A DNA stretch of 64,000 bases from Chromatiaceae bacterium (lineage in GTDB: Bacteria; Pseudomonadota; Gammaproteobacteria; Chromatiales; Chromatiaceae). The notes under the pieces were generated by a model. It saw only the letters and a list, made by a program, of their open reading frames with translations, had not been told where the DNA came from and made no database searches. The DNA is taken from NCBI GenBank assembly GCA_020851955.1, contig JADZBU010000292.1:1704-65703 (forward strand). The letters are read 5' to 3'. A program made the position numbers and the translations under genes. This document shows positions 47,984 to 56,077 of this stretch, piece by piece. How positions within the stretch are numbered: position 1 is the stretch's first letter; each line of letters begins with the position of its first letter.

Positions 47984-48923
47984 CTTCTTGCCTATATTCG
48001 AAAGTTAAAGAATCGATGATATACAGTGGTCGGTTTTTGACCTCATCGAAGATCTTACCGACGTACAAGCCGACAATGCCGATGGTACCAATAATCAACC
48101 CGGCAGTGAAATAGACGGAGACAATGAGGCTTGTCCAGCCAATAATCGGCGTCGCCCACAAAAAATAGCGTAACGCGATCCAAGCTGCATAGAAGAGGGA
48201 GAGCACCGAAACGGTCAGCCCTAATTTGACGGTGAGCAGAAGAAGTTTGTCCGAATGCGCGACAATGCTATCAAGCGCCAGCTTGGCCATCTTACGAAGC
48301 GTGTAGCTGGAGCGACCATGCGACCGCTCGGCATGATTGACGTCGATCTCAGCACGACGAAATCCAACCCAGATGGCAATTAGTCCAAAAGATCTATTCT
48401 GCTCCTTTAAGCGACGGATGCTACGGATCACCTTTTGCGCGTAGATCCCAAAGTTACCGATACGGTTGTCAACCTTAGTCCCGCTGAAATACGCGAACAC
48501 GCGATAGAAGAGCTTGGACAGTCCTTTCTTAGCCCAATGGTCCTTTCGCTCTGCACGGCGGCCAACCACGATGTCGTAACCCGATCGCGCTTTCTCATAA
48601 AGCTTGGGTATCTCTTCTGGCCTATCTTGGAGGTCGCAGTCCATCACGACCACCCAGTCGCCATGGGCAAAATCCAATCCTGCCGTGATTGCGTAGTGTT
48701 GTCCAAAATTACGTGAGAGGTTGATTCCCTTGACCCGTCCGTCTACCGCTGCAAGCTGATGAATAACTGACCAACTGTCATCCGGGCTGGCGTCATTGAT
48801 CAGAATGATCTCGTAGTCCGACGTAAGGCTCGACAGGACGGTTTGCAGGCGCTCGCAAAGCTCTGGCAGCGCTTGGCCACAACCATAAACCGGTGAGACG
48901 ACGGAAAGATGTGAACGGCTCAT
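47976..48923 (-). CDS. GT2 polyprenyl-phosphate glycosyltransferase (ArnC/GtrB/DPM1-like) with two C-terminal TM helices
   Basis: LSVVSPVYGC...EIILINDASPDDS...VVVMDCDLQDRPEEIP (DxD) plus a C-terminal hydrophobic hairpin, the ArnC/GtrB architecture. The start is taken at MSRSHLSV. Confidence 0.8.
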   Translation of the reverse strand: MSRSHLSVVSPVYGCGQALPELCERLQTVLSSLTSDYEIILINDASPDDSWSVIHQLAAVDGRVKGINLSRNFGQHYAITAGLDFAHGDWVVVMDCDLQDRPEEIPKLYEKARSGYDIVVGRRAERKDHWAKKGLSKLFYRVFAYFSGTKVDNRIGNFGIYAQKVIRSIRRLKEQNRSFGLIAIWVGFRRAEIDVNHAERSHGRSSYTLRKMAKLALDSIVAHSDKLLLLTVKLGLTVSVLSLFYAAWIALRYFLWATPIIGWTSLIVSVYFTAGLIIGTIGIVGLYVGKIFDEVKNRPLYIIDSLTFEYRQEDE

Positions 48924-48925
48924 GC

Positions 48926-49801
48926 TTACACTTTGGAAGTTATCTGCTTGCGAAATACTCCGAGCACCGAAGTACCCCAAGGAAAGCGCAGCAAGTGCCC
49001 CAAGGGCGTCTCGGCCGCGAAAATCGCGGTCAAGGGTAAATTGAGTAGCGCGGATGGCACCTGGTGGGTCTTGTGCATCAGCCCCATTTTCTGTGCTTCG
49101 GTCATGCCCTCGATCCCTTTCCCCTGCCGCGCCAGCCAGTAGAGCGGGCTGAGCAGGAACATGAAGTAGCGTGCGTCGCAGAGGTGCAGGCCAGCCTGCT
49201 CGCCGAGGCGCACGAAGTCGGCGCGGGTGTAGCGGCGCAGGTGGAGCGCTAAATCATCGTTGTAGCTCCAGAACTGCTGGAAGGCCGGGGTGGTGACGAA
49301 CAGCAGTCCGCCGGGCTTGAGCGCGGCGCGCGCCTGGCGCAGGGCCTCCAGGTCATTGGGCAGGTGCTCAATCACATCCAGCAGGAAGGCGACATCCCAG
49401 TGATCGCGCCAGCCCAGATTCATCAGGTCGATCTGATAGCGCTCGACGCCCGCGTGCAGCACGCCACCGGCCATGCGCAGCGCCGTGCGCGAGGAGTCGG
49501 CCAGGGCCAGTGGCTGGTGCTGCCCGGGTCGCCGGTCGGCAAGATAGCGCACCCATCCACCTACCCCCCCCCCGAGGTCCACGGTCGCCAGGAGTCCGCT
49601 GCCACGCGGGCGATAGCGGTCGAGGGCATGGAGCAGGAACCGGTGCCGTCCTCGATACCAGAAGTGCCGCTCCTGTATGGCCCAGAGGGTGGCGAAGCCG
49701 TCTTCGGGATATTCGTCATCGCGGTGTTGGATTGGGGAGGCGGGCTCGTTGATGCCGTCGCTGGCCAGGGTGTAGGCGCTGTTCACTGTACGGTTCCTCA
49801 A
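48926..49801 (-). CDS. Class I SAM-dependent methyltransferase
   Basis: Motif I VDLGGGVGGW, LLDVIEHL and KPGGLLFVTTP. The HFWYRGR N-terminal box is present. It contains a G10 tract in motif I. Confidence 0.75.
   Translation of the reverse strand: MRNRTVNSAYTLASDGINEPASPIQHRDDEYPEDGFATLWAIQERHFWYRGRHRFLLHALDRYRPRGSGLLATVDLGGGVGGWVRYLADRRPGQHQPLALADSSRTALRMAGGVLHAGVERYQIDLMNLGWRDHWDVAFLLDVIEHLPNDLEALRQARAALKPGGLLFVTTPAFQQFWSYNDDLALHLRRYTRADFVRLGEQAGLHLCDARYFMFLLSPLYWLARQGKGIEGMTEAQKMGLMHKTHQVPSALLNLPLTAIFAAETPLGHLLRFPWGTSVLGVFRKQITSKV
49564..49573 (-). repeat. G10 homopolymer on the coding strand (C10 on plus) inside SAM-binding motif I
   Basis: The plus strand reads tac ccccccccc c gag. On the coding strand, ctc ggg ggg ggg gta encodes LGGGV. 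Confidence 0.9.
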
Positions 49802-50139
49802 TCTGTCACGCGGCTTGCACTGAGATCACTTTCTGCCAATTTTGGGCGCAAGCCAGAACGATCTTGTGCGCGCTTGCGCAACTCCAACTTGGCTGCATGA
49901 TGGGTTTTTTCAGTCAGCTCACTGAGCCATACGCAAGCGGCTTTCTCAAGAGCAATCCTTGCGCGAACTTCGTCTTCGAGACGTGTCAGCTTGCCCTCCA
50001 GGCGTGCGCGCAGCTTGGCATCGCGTTGCATGAGGTAGGCAAAAACCCAGCCACCTGTAGCGACCAGCAATGTCGTCAGATGACCTAGAAGCGTTGTCAG
50101 CATAGTTTCCGTCATGATTGCGGTAGGCGCGTTTGGCAC
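49798..50139 (-). CDS. Small hypothetical protein (one TM plus a helical tail), possibly a relic ORF
   Basis: 113 aa, ATGA-coupled to the methyltransferase gene. No motif found. It lies next to a methyltransferase gene remnant, so it may not be a genuine gene. Confidence 0.3.
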   Translation of the reverse strand: MPNAPTAIMTETMLTTLLGHLTTLLVATGGWVFAYLMQRDAKLRARLEGKLTRLEDEVRARIALEKAACVWLSELTEKTHHAAKLELRKRAQDRSGLRPKLAESDLSASRVTD

Positions 50140-50189
50140 ACCCCAGGTAAGACCTCCTAACAGCCATCCCCATCGATAGAACCCGATTC

Positions 50190-50275
50190 ATCTGCCGCCC
50201 GCGCAGTCTGTAGTAATGCTTCGGCGCCAGATCATCGTTGTCGCACCAGAACTGCTGGAAGGCCGGTGTGGCTCT
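50190..50275 (-). pseudogene. Remnant of a second copy of the class I methyltransferase
   Basis: 50226..50271 aligns with 49248..49293. The translation TPAFQQFWCDNDDLAPKHYYRL matches TTPAFQQFWSYNDDLALHLRRY in the intact gene. There is no upstream ORF. Confidence 0.5.
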
Positions 50276-50296
50276 GGCTGGACAAAGAACATGTTA

Positions 50297-50638
50297 TCAG
50301 GTACCACAGGCACGAATTTCCTCTAACTCATCTGCCACGGAATTCTCTGCAATGTCCAGGTCGTACCCTGATTGCAGATTCATCCAAAACTGCGGCGTGG
50401 TGCTGAAGAACCGCCCCAAGCGCAGCGCGGTATCCGCCGTAATGGCGCGCCTGCCCTTCAGGATGTCGCTGACCCACGTCTGGGGCATGTGGGTTGCCTG
50501 AGCCAGTCGGGAAGCGGGGACGCCAGCGCCGTCCAGGTAATCCTGCAGGACATCGCCCGGGGTAACGGCAGGCAGCCCTTCCCCGGTAGCAATGTCAGAA
50601 AAATCCATCGTTTTCAGTTCTTCAATACGAATACCCAT
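50297..50638 (-). CDS. higA: HigA-family (XRE HTH) antitoxin
   Basis: 113 aa with PGDVLQDYL...ASRLAQATHMPQTWVSDILKGRRAITADTALRLGRFFSTTPQFWMNLQ, the HigA/VapI signature. Confidence 0.8.
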   Translation of the reverse strand: MGIRIEELKTMDFSDIATGEGLPAVTPGDVLQDYLDGAGVPASRLAQATHMPQTWVSDILKGRRAITADTALRLGRFFSTTPQFWMNLQSGYDLDIAENSVADELEEIRACGT

Positions 50639-50647
50639 GATGACACC

Positions 50648-50845
50648 TCAATGGTAATCTACCATTTCAACATCAAATGCGTCACCGTCAACCCAGCGGA
50701 AACAAATGCGCCACTGCCGGTTGACCCTAAAACTCCACAGGCCTTGACGGTCGCCGCCCAACTTTTCCAGCCTGTTTGATGGCGGTAGCCGTAGATCGTC
50801 AACCTGCACGGCGTTCCAAACGGATAATAAAATTAGCAAAATCAA
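50648..50845 (-). pseudogene. higB: HigB/RelE-type toxin lacking its N-terminal third
   Basis: The C-terminal PPSNRLEKLGGDRQGLWSFRVNRQWRICFRWVDGDAFDVEMVDYH is classic HigB. Only about 65 codons remain from a TTG, with a stop just upstream and AT-rich foreign-looking sequence replacing the 5' end. Confidence 0.6.
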
Positions 50846-51069
50846 TAAGTTAATAAATGGCTTTGCGAAGCTTCACGGGAAGAGCGCACCTTACTGGGTA
50901 GCCCCTGGTTTGTAAAGGGCCAGATCTTAAAATAGACATGAAAGACATTGTTCTCTGTAACTATATGTTTTTAATACAGAAAAATGTATTTTGTTTATTT
51001 CTGAGCAATAGAGGGCGTCCATGCCTTCGTAGTATAAAATCAACGCCAGCCCTGCACTTGGAAGTACAC

Positions 51070-52257
51070 ATGTCTATGGCAATCCTGGACAATGTCATTT
51101 ATCGCCCCATCCTTGCCGCGCTGGTTGGTGCCCTAGTCCTCTGGTTGGGAGTCTGGTGGTACCAGCAACTCGGCTCCGACACGACAGCCCCGGCCCTGGT
51201 GATGACCGATGAGCAGCTCAAGCTGGTCGCCGGCGAGGGGGGAAAAATGGAAGATGGTATCCTGATCCGGCGCCGGCCGCCAGGAAAGCCCGCCATGGTA
51301 ATGGCCGCAACCCTCCCATTTGAGGCTGGGCAATTTGCCCGCTTCTCCTGGGATATCAGAGGCCTTGAGCCCCAACAGAACCTAGCCCTGATCTGGGTTA
51401 CAAACACCGATCCCAACAAGCCCCGCACGCGCAAGATCACCCCGGAGGAGCGGGCCGTGGGTTTCCTGCAACTGGAGGATGATCCCACCTGGCGGGGGCA
51501 AATCCTAAAATTTGGGCTCCTGGTGACAGGCAATCTGCCGGAGCCGGTACTGGTGAAGGGTTTGACGCTTGAGGGCGAGCCCCCTACCCCACTGACCGCC
51601 CTCCGGTCGCTGGCAGGGGACTGGACTCACCAAGAGCCCTGGACCGGGCGCTCGATCAACTTCCATGTCGGGGCCGCCACGAAAGACCGGCTGCTGACGC
51701 CGGTCCTTCTCGTCGGGCTCTGGGTGGGGCTGGGTAGCCTGCTGTTGGTATTCTTCGACCGCCTCTCCTCCAGCCGCCATCTCCTGGGGGGACTGGCCCT
51801 CCTTTTTCTGGGGGGGTGGCTGCTGCTGGATCTCCGCTGGCAGTGGCTGCTAGCGACCCGGCTTGAGGAGACCTATGAGCGCTATGGCCACCTGACGCCG
51901 GACCAGCGACCCAGCGCCCGGCCGGACGCCCATGTTGTCACAGCCCTTGACCAATTGCGCAAGGCCCTGCCCGAGGAACCATCGCGAATTTTCCTGCTGA
52001 GCAAGAATCCCAGCGATTACCTGACCCTGCGGGTTCGTTATCATCTGCTACCTCTTCGGGTCTTCGCCTCCGATCACCTGCCCAATCCCGAGCAGATCCA
52101 GGCCGGGGACCATTTCCTGGTCCTTGCGAATCCCGAGGTGGTCCGGTTTGATGGGACGCATAAGCGCCTGGTTGACGGGGAGGCATCCCTACCCGTGGAG
52201 CCCCTTAGCAAGGTGCAGGGGTTTGGCGGCTTATATCGCATACCGGGAGGGGGCTGA
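51070..52257 (+). CDS. Hypothetical membrane protein: N-terminal TM, a ~200 aa extracytoplasmic domain, then further TMs
   Basis: The start is taken at MSMAILDN. No catalytic motif was recognised. It ends one base before the next membrane protein gene starts. Confidence 0.45.
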   Translation: MSMAILDNVIYRPILAALVGALVLWLGVWWYQQLGSDTTAPALVMTDEQLKLVAGEGGKMEDGILIRRRPPGKPAMVMAATLPFEAGQFARFSWDIRGLEPQQNLALIWVTNTDPNKPRTRKITPEERAVGFLQLEDDPTWRGQILKFGLLVTGNLPEPVLVKGLTLEGEPPTPLTALRSLAGDWTHQEPWTGRSINFHVGAATKDRLLTPVLLVGLWVGLGSLLLVFFDRLSSSRHLLGGLALLFLGGWLLLDLRWQWLLATRLEETYERYGHLTPDQRPSARPDAHVVTALDQLRKALPEEPSRIFLLSKNPSDYLTLRVRYHLLPLRVFASDHLPNPEQIQAGDHFLVLANPEVVRFDGTHKRLVDGEASLPVEPLSKVQGFGGLYRIPGGG

Positions 52258-52258
52258 G

Positions 52259-53704
52259 ATGGATGGGTGGTGGTTGGCGTTAGCGCTGCTCTTACCGGGG
52301 ATAACGATGGCGCTGTGGCTGCGCCTCTTATGGCCAGAAGCGGTTCCAGGGCGTTGGCCGTTGGTCCTGGGGTATGGGTACTTGTTAGGGATGCTGGGGG
52401 TCGCGGCGCTGTTGTGGTTCCAGGGGGTGCTAGGCTGGCCCTTGGGGAGCGGCATACCCTTGACGGTGTCTGGATTGCTGCTGGTGGCGGCGGTGTTTCT
52501 GCTGGTTCAGCGACCCTCTGCCGCTAGCCCGGCGTGGCAGGGAGCACGGGAGCGACTGAACTTCTGGCAAGGCCCGGCCTGCGGCCTGATCCTCTTGTGG
52601 GTGGTCGCGCGCTGGGTGGGCCTGGCCTTGGAGGTCTGGTGGCAACCCCTGTTTCCCTGGGACGCCTGGACCACTTGGGGCGCGCGGGCCAAGGTGTGGT
52701 CGGAACTCCAGGCGCTGGTCCCCTTCGTCTCCCCGGAGGCCTGGCTGGCGGACAGGACCGGGACGCTACACACTATCGGTGCCTGGGGCTATCCCGTGAC
52801 CATTTCCCTGGTGGCGACCTGGCCAACTTTAGTTCTAGGGACCTGGAACGAGACCGCGGCCAATCTGCCCTGGCTGGGGGTGGGCCTGGCCCTGGGGCTG
52901 GGATTTTATGGTCAGGCGCGGCTGTGGGGGGCTTCGCCGCTGACGGCCCTGGTCTTTGTGTGGCTGGTGATGTCGGTGCCGCTGTTGAATACCCATGTCG
53001 CCCTGGCGGGCTATGCGGATTTATGGATGGCGACCGCCTATGGGCTGGCCCTGATGGCGTTTTTACAGTGGGTGCGTAGCGGCGACCAACGCCAGGGGTG
53101 GCTGGCCATCTTGCTGATGCTGATTTGCGTGGCCATCAAGCGGGAGGGGCTGGTCTGGGCAGCCCTCTTCATCCCGGCCCTGCTGGCCGCCAAGCTGGGA
53201 AGGTTTTCGCTGCTGATGGTGGGCGGGGTGCTGCTGGCCTTGGGGGGGCTGCTCTGGGTGCTGGGGGGGCTTGCCCTCGAGGTGCCGGGCCTGGGCGCCA
53301 TCCGGTTGTCGGCGGATCTTATCCAACTGCCCCTGATCGGGGAGATGAGGCTGGAGAATCATGCCCCCTGGGAGCCGGTACTGCGGCAGTACTTCCTATA
53401 CAGCAACTGGCACTTGTTTGCCTATCTGGTGGTCCTGTCCCTGGTGGCGGCCAGTGCCAGCCTCTGGCGCGCCCCCGATCAGGCCTGGCAAAGGGCCGGT
53501 CTGGTTTGGGCCCTGGGCAGTATCGCGGCCCTCTATTTTCTGTTCTTTTGGACCGATGCCTACCTTTGGGCCATCCAGGCCACCAGCATCAACCGCCTCC
53601 TGCTGCACTTCATGCCCGCCTTCCTGTTCTGGAGCATGACGGTATGGCTAGAGGTGGCGGGCTATCGCCAGGAGTCCCCAAGACTCGTTCATAAAGCTGG
53701 TTGA
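52259..53704 (+). CDS. Polytopic (about 12 TM) membrane protein, GT-C glycosyltransferase or O-antigen-ligase-like candidate
   Basis: 481 aa, very hydrophobic, with an aromatic/acidic first loop (PLFPWDAWTTW). The context is a set of polyprenyl-phosphate GT2 genes. The assignment is by architecture only. Confidence 0.45.
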   Translation: MDGWWLALALLLPGITMALWLRLLWPEAVPGRWPLVLGYGYLLGMLGVAALLWFQGVLGWPLGSGIPLTVSGLLLVAAVFLLVQRPSAASPAWQGARERLNFWQGPACGLILLWVVARWVGLALEVWWQPLFPWDAWTTWGARAKVWSELQALVPFVSPEAWLADRTGTLHTIGAWGYPVTISLVATWPTLVLGTWNETAANLPWLGVGLALGLGFYGQARLWGASPLTALVFVWLVMSVPLLNTHVALAGYADLWMATAYGLALMAFLQWVRSGDQRQGWLAILLMLICVAIKREGLVWAALFIPALLAAKLGRFSLLMVGGVLLALGGLLWVLGGLALEVPGLGAIRLSADLIQLPLIGEMRLENHAPWEPVLRQYFLYSNWHLFAYLVVLSLVAASASLWRAPDQAWQRAGLVWALGSIAALYFLFFWTDAYLWAIQATSINRLLLHFMPAFLFWSMTVWLEVAGYRQESPRLVHKAG

Positions 53705-54833
53705 TGGCCCCCGCCACGGGCTGGATGCCGAATTCCCCTTGCAGGGCTCGGGCCCCGGCTTCACCCAGTTGCTGGCGTCGCGCGGGATGGGCCTGAAGGG
53801 CCGCTAGGGCCGCGGCCAGGGCTGGCGCATCCCCCGGGGGCGTCAGGATACCGTGTTGCGCCCGGCGCACCAACCAGGGGGCGCCGGAGCCGGGGATGTC
53901 ACTGACGACCACCGGCTTGGCATAGCGCATGGCCTCGAGGAGGACCAGACCAAAGGCCTCGGTGCGCTCCAGGGAGGGCAGGCAGACCAGGTCACAACTG
54001 GCCAGGAGGGCGGCGACCTCGGCCTCCGTACGGTAGCCGGTGAGGCGGACCCGGTCGCCGACATTGAGTGTCTGGATCAGGCGCTCCAGGCGCGGTCGGT
54101 ACTCACCACCACCCAGAATCAGGGTTTGGACGCCCGGGAGGCTGGCGCTGGCGCGGATCAGGACCTCGTGACCCTTGTAGTAGGTGAGCCGGCCAATCGC
54201 CAGGACGCGCAGGGAGGCCGGCCCCCAGAGCGCTTCAGCCTGGGCCAAGCTTGCATTATCTGGTTGTGCGAGGCGGCCGGGGTCCAGCCCCAGAGGGATG
54301 GTGACACAGCGCTCTAGCCAGGGTTGCAGGGCCTGACTGGCGGCAAGATAAGGCGGCGAGGTGGCGATGATGGCCCGGCTACGGCGCAGCAGGGCTTGCT
54401 CGAAGGGGCGGTAGAGCCCATAGGCCAGGGCCAGACGGCGGTCGATGGCCGAGGCCACCACGTCGGCATGCCAGTGGACCACCCAGGGCAGACGGCGGGC
54501 CCGAGGCAGCAGGAGAGCGGCGAAGGCGGAGGTATTGGGCAGGTGCAGGTGGAGCAGATCGGGGGCGACGTCGCGGATGACGCGATTCAACCAAGCGGGA
54601 AAGCTGGGGCTCAGGGGCACATAGAGAAGCCGGCCCAGACAAGGGGCGCAGTAGATGCGGGGCGGCGGATCGGCGGCGGCCGGGACTGATCCCCGCCAGC
54701 CCGGGCCCTCGTCATGGACCAGGGCGGCGACTTCCATGCCCTGGGCCTGTTGGGCGCGCATCAGGTCCGCGAGAAAATATTCCATGCCCCCCGCGAAGGG
54801 CGGGTAGAACTTGCCGACATGCAGTACACGCAT
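53610..54833 (-). CDS. GT4-family glycosyltransferase
   Basis: MRVLHVGKFYPPFAGGME N-terminus and the C-terminal TEAFGLVLLEAMRYAKPVVVSDIPGSG (E-x7-E). Confidence 0.8.
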   Translation of the reverse strand: MRVLHVGKFYPPFAGGMEYFLADLMRAQQAQGMEVAALVHDEGPGWRGSVPAAADPPPRIYCAPCLGRLLYVPLSPSFPAWLNRVIRDVAPDLLHLHLPNTSAFAALLLPRARRLPWVVHWHADVVASAIDRRLALAYGLYRPFEQALLRRSRAIIATSPPYLAASQALQPWLERCVTIPLGLDPGRLAQPDNASLAQAEALWGPASLRVLAIGRLTYYKGHEVLIRASASLPGVQTLILGGGEYRPRLERLIQTLNVGDRVRLTGYRTEAEVAALLASCDLVCLPSLERTEAFGLVLLEAMRYAKPVVVSDIPGSGAPWLVRRAQHGILTPPGDAPALAAALAALQAHPARRQQLGEAGARALQGEFGIQPVAGAINQLYERVLGTPGDSPPPLAIPSCSRTGRRA

Positions 54834-54869
54834 GGGAAATTCAGGGATGGACCGACGGGCTGAGTTGGG

Positions 54870-55277
54870 TCACTCCCGTGGGTCCTGACCCTTCCGAGGG
54901 TCTGGTTGGTCAGGGAGATCGCCGGCCTCCGGGGCCGAGGCACTTATTGACTCAATCCGGGCCTCCAGCAAGGCCAACCGCTGCGCCAAACGCCGGAGGC
55001 CCTGCTCCTGTCGGGATCGCTCCAGGTCCATGCTCATCATCTTAACCAGGACCAGGGCAAAACCCAGGATGACGGCCACGATGGGGGGGTAGCTGACGCC
55101 CAGATAAGGGGCGATGAGGTCGGTCAGCCGGGGCCAGGTGCCGAGGAGGATGATGGCGGCGGCGAGGCCCAGCCACCAGAGGGCATGGGGGCCGTGGAGA
55201 TGAGCGCGGCGTACCAACAGCATGATGGCGGCGGCCAGCACCAGGCCGATGGCCAGGGATGTCAACTGATAGGTCAT
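54870..55277 (-). CDS. DUF2304-like small membrane protein with a C-terminal coiled coil
   Basis: 135 aa from MTYQLTS, with three or four TM segments then LERSRQEQGLRRLAQRLALLEARI. ATGA-coupled to the upstream GT2, an arrangement recalled for DUF2304 genes. Confidence 0.5.
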   Translation of the reverse strand: MTYQLTSLAIGLVLAAAIMLLVRRAHLHGPHALWWLGLAAAIILLGTWPRLTDLIAPYLGVSYPPIVAVILGFALVLVKMMSMDLERSRQEQGLRRLAQRLALLEARIESISASAPEAGDLPDQPDPRKGQDPRE

Positions 55278-56077
55278 GCGGGATCCTCGTCCGGGGCCCC
55301 TTGGCCCCGGTTGCCGCCGATGCCCGCCAGGCTGAGCAGGCTGGTGCGGACCATATAGCGACCCACGGTCCACCAAGAGTTGAAAACGCGGGAGCGGCCG
55401 TGGTTACGATCCCGCATGGTTACCGGCACCTCCCGGATGCGCAGACCCTGGCGGCGCAGGATGAGGAGGACGCCCACATCCTGATAGTCGAGCAGGGTGG
55501 CGTCGGGGCGGATGAGGCGATCCATGGCGGCCCGGTTGTAGGCCCGGAAACCCGAGGTGAGGTCTTCCAGAGCAATGCCCGTTATTCCCCGGAAATAGTG
55601 CCAGGCCAGCCGCCGGGCGCGACTCACCCGCAGGGGACAGGCGCCGATGACCACGTCCGCCTCGCCGGCCAGCAGGGGCGCGATCAGCGCCTGGATATCG
55701 GCGGGATCGTGCTGGCCGTCGGCATCCAGGGTGATGGCCAGGTCCCAGCCCTGGCGATAGGCGTACCGCAGCCCGGTCTGCATGGCTCCCCAGGCCCCGA
55801 GATGCAAGGGCAAGCGCAGCACCAAGGCCCCCGCCGCCGCCGCGATCGCCGCCGTGTCGTCCTGGCTGCCATCGTCGATGACGACGATGGGCGCCTGGGA
55901 GTGGCGGCGGGCCTCGGTGATGACCTGGGCGATGGAATGGGCCTCGTCGCGAGCGGGAATGAGGATCACGTCGGGGTGTCTGGTACCGGGAGTAGAGACT
56001 GAAAAGGCATCATGGCCCAACCCCGGGGGGTTACTTGGCCAGGGACATGGCGATGTTGGGACTGGCGGGATTGACAT
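55274..56077 (-). CDS. GT2-family glycosyltransferase (soluble, polyprenyl-phosphate sugar synthase-like)
   Basis: VILIPARDEAHSIAQVI...VVIDDGSQDDT...ITLDADGQHDP (DxD). The exact start is uncertain and the ORF overlaps the upstream gene by 47 nt. Confidence 0.75.
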   Translation of the reverse strand: MSIPPVPTSPCPWPSNPPGLGHDAFSVSTPGTRHPDVILIPARDEAHSIAQVITEARRHSQAPIVVIDDGSQDDTAAIAAAAGALVLRLPLHLGAWGAMQTGLRYAYRQGWDLAITLDADGQHDPADIQALIAPLLAGEADVVIGACPLRVSRARRLAWHYFRGITGIALEDLTSGFRAYNRAAMDRLIRPDATLLDYQDVGVLLILRRQGLRIREVPVTMRDRNHGRSRVFNSWWTVGRYMVRTSLLSLAGIGGNRGQGAPDEDPA

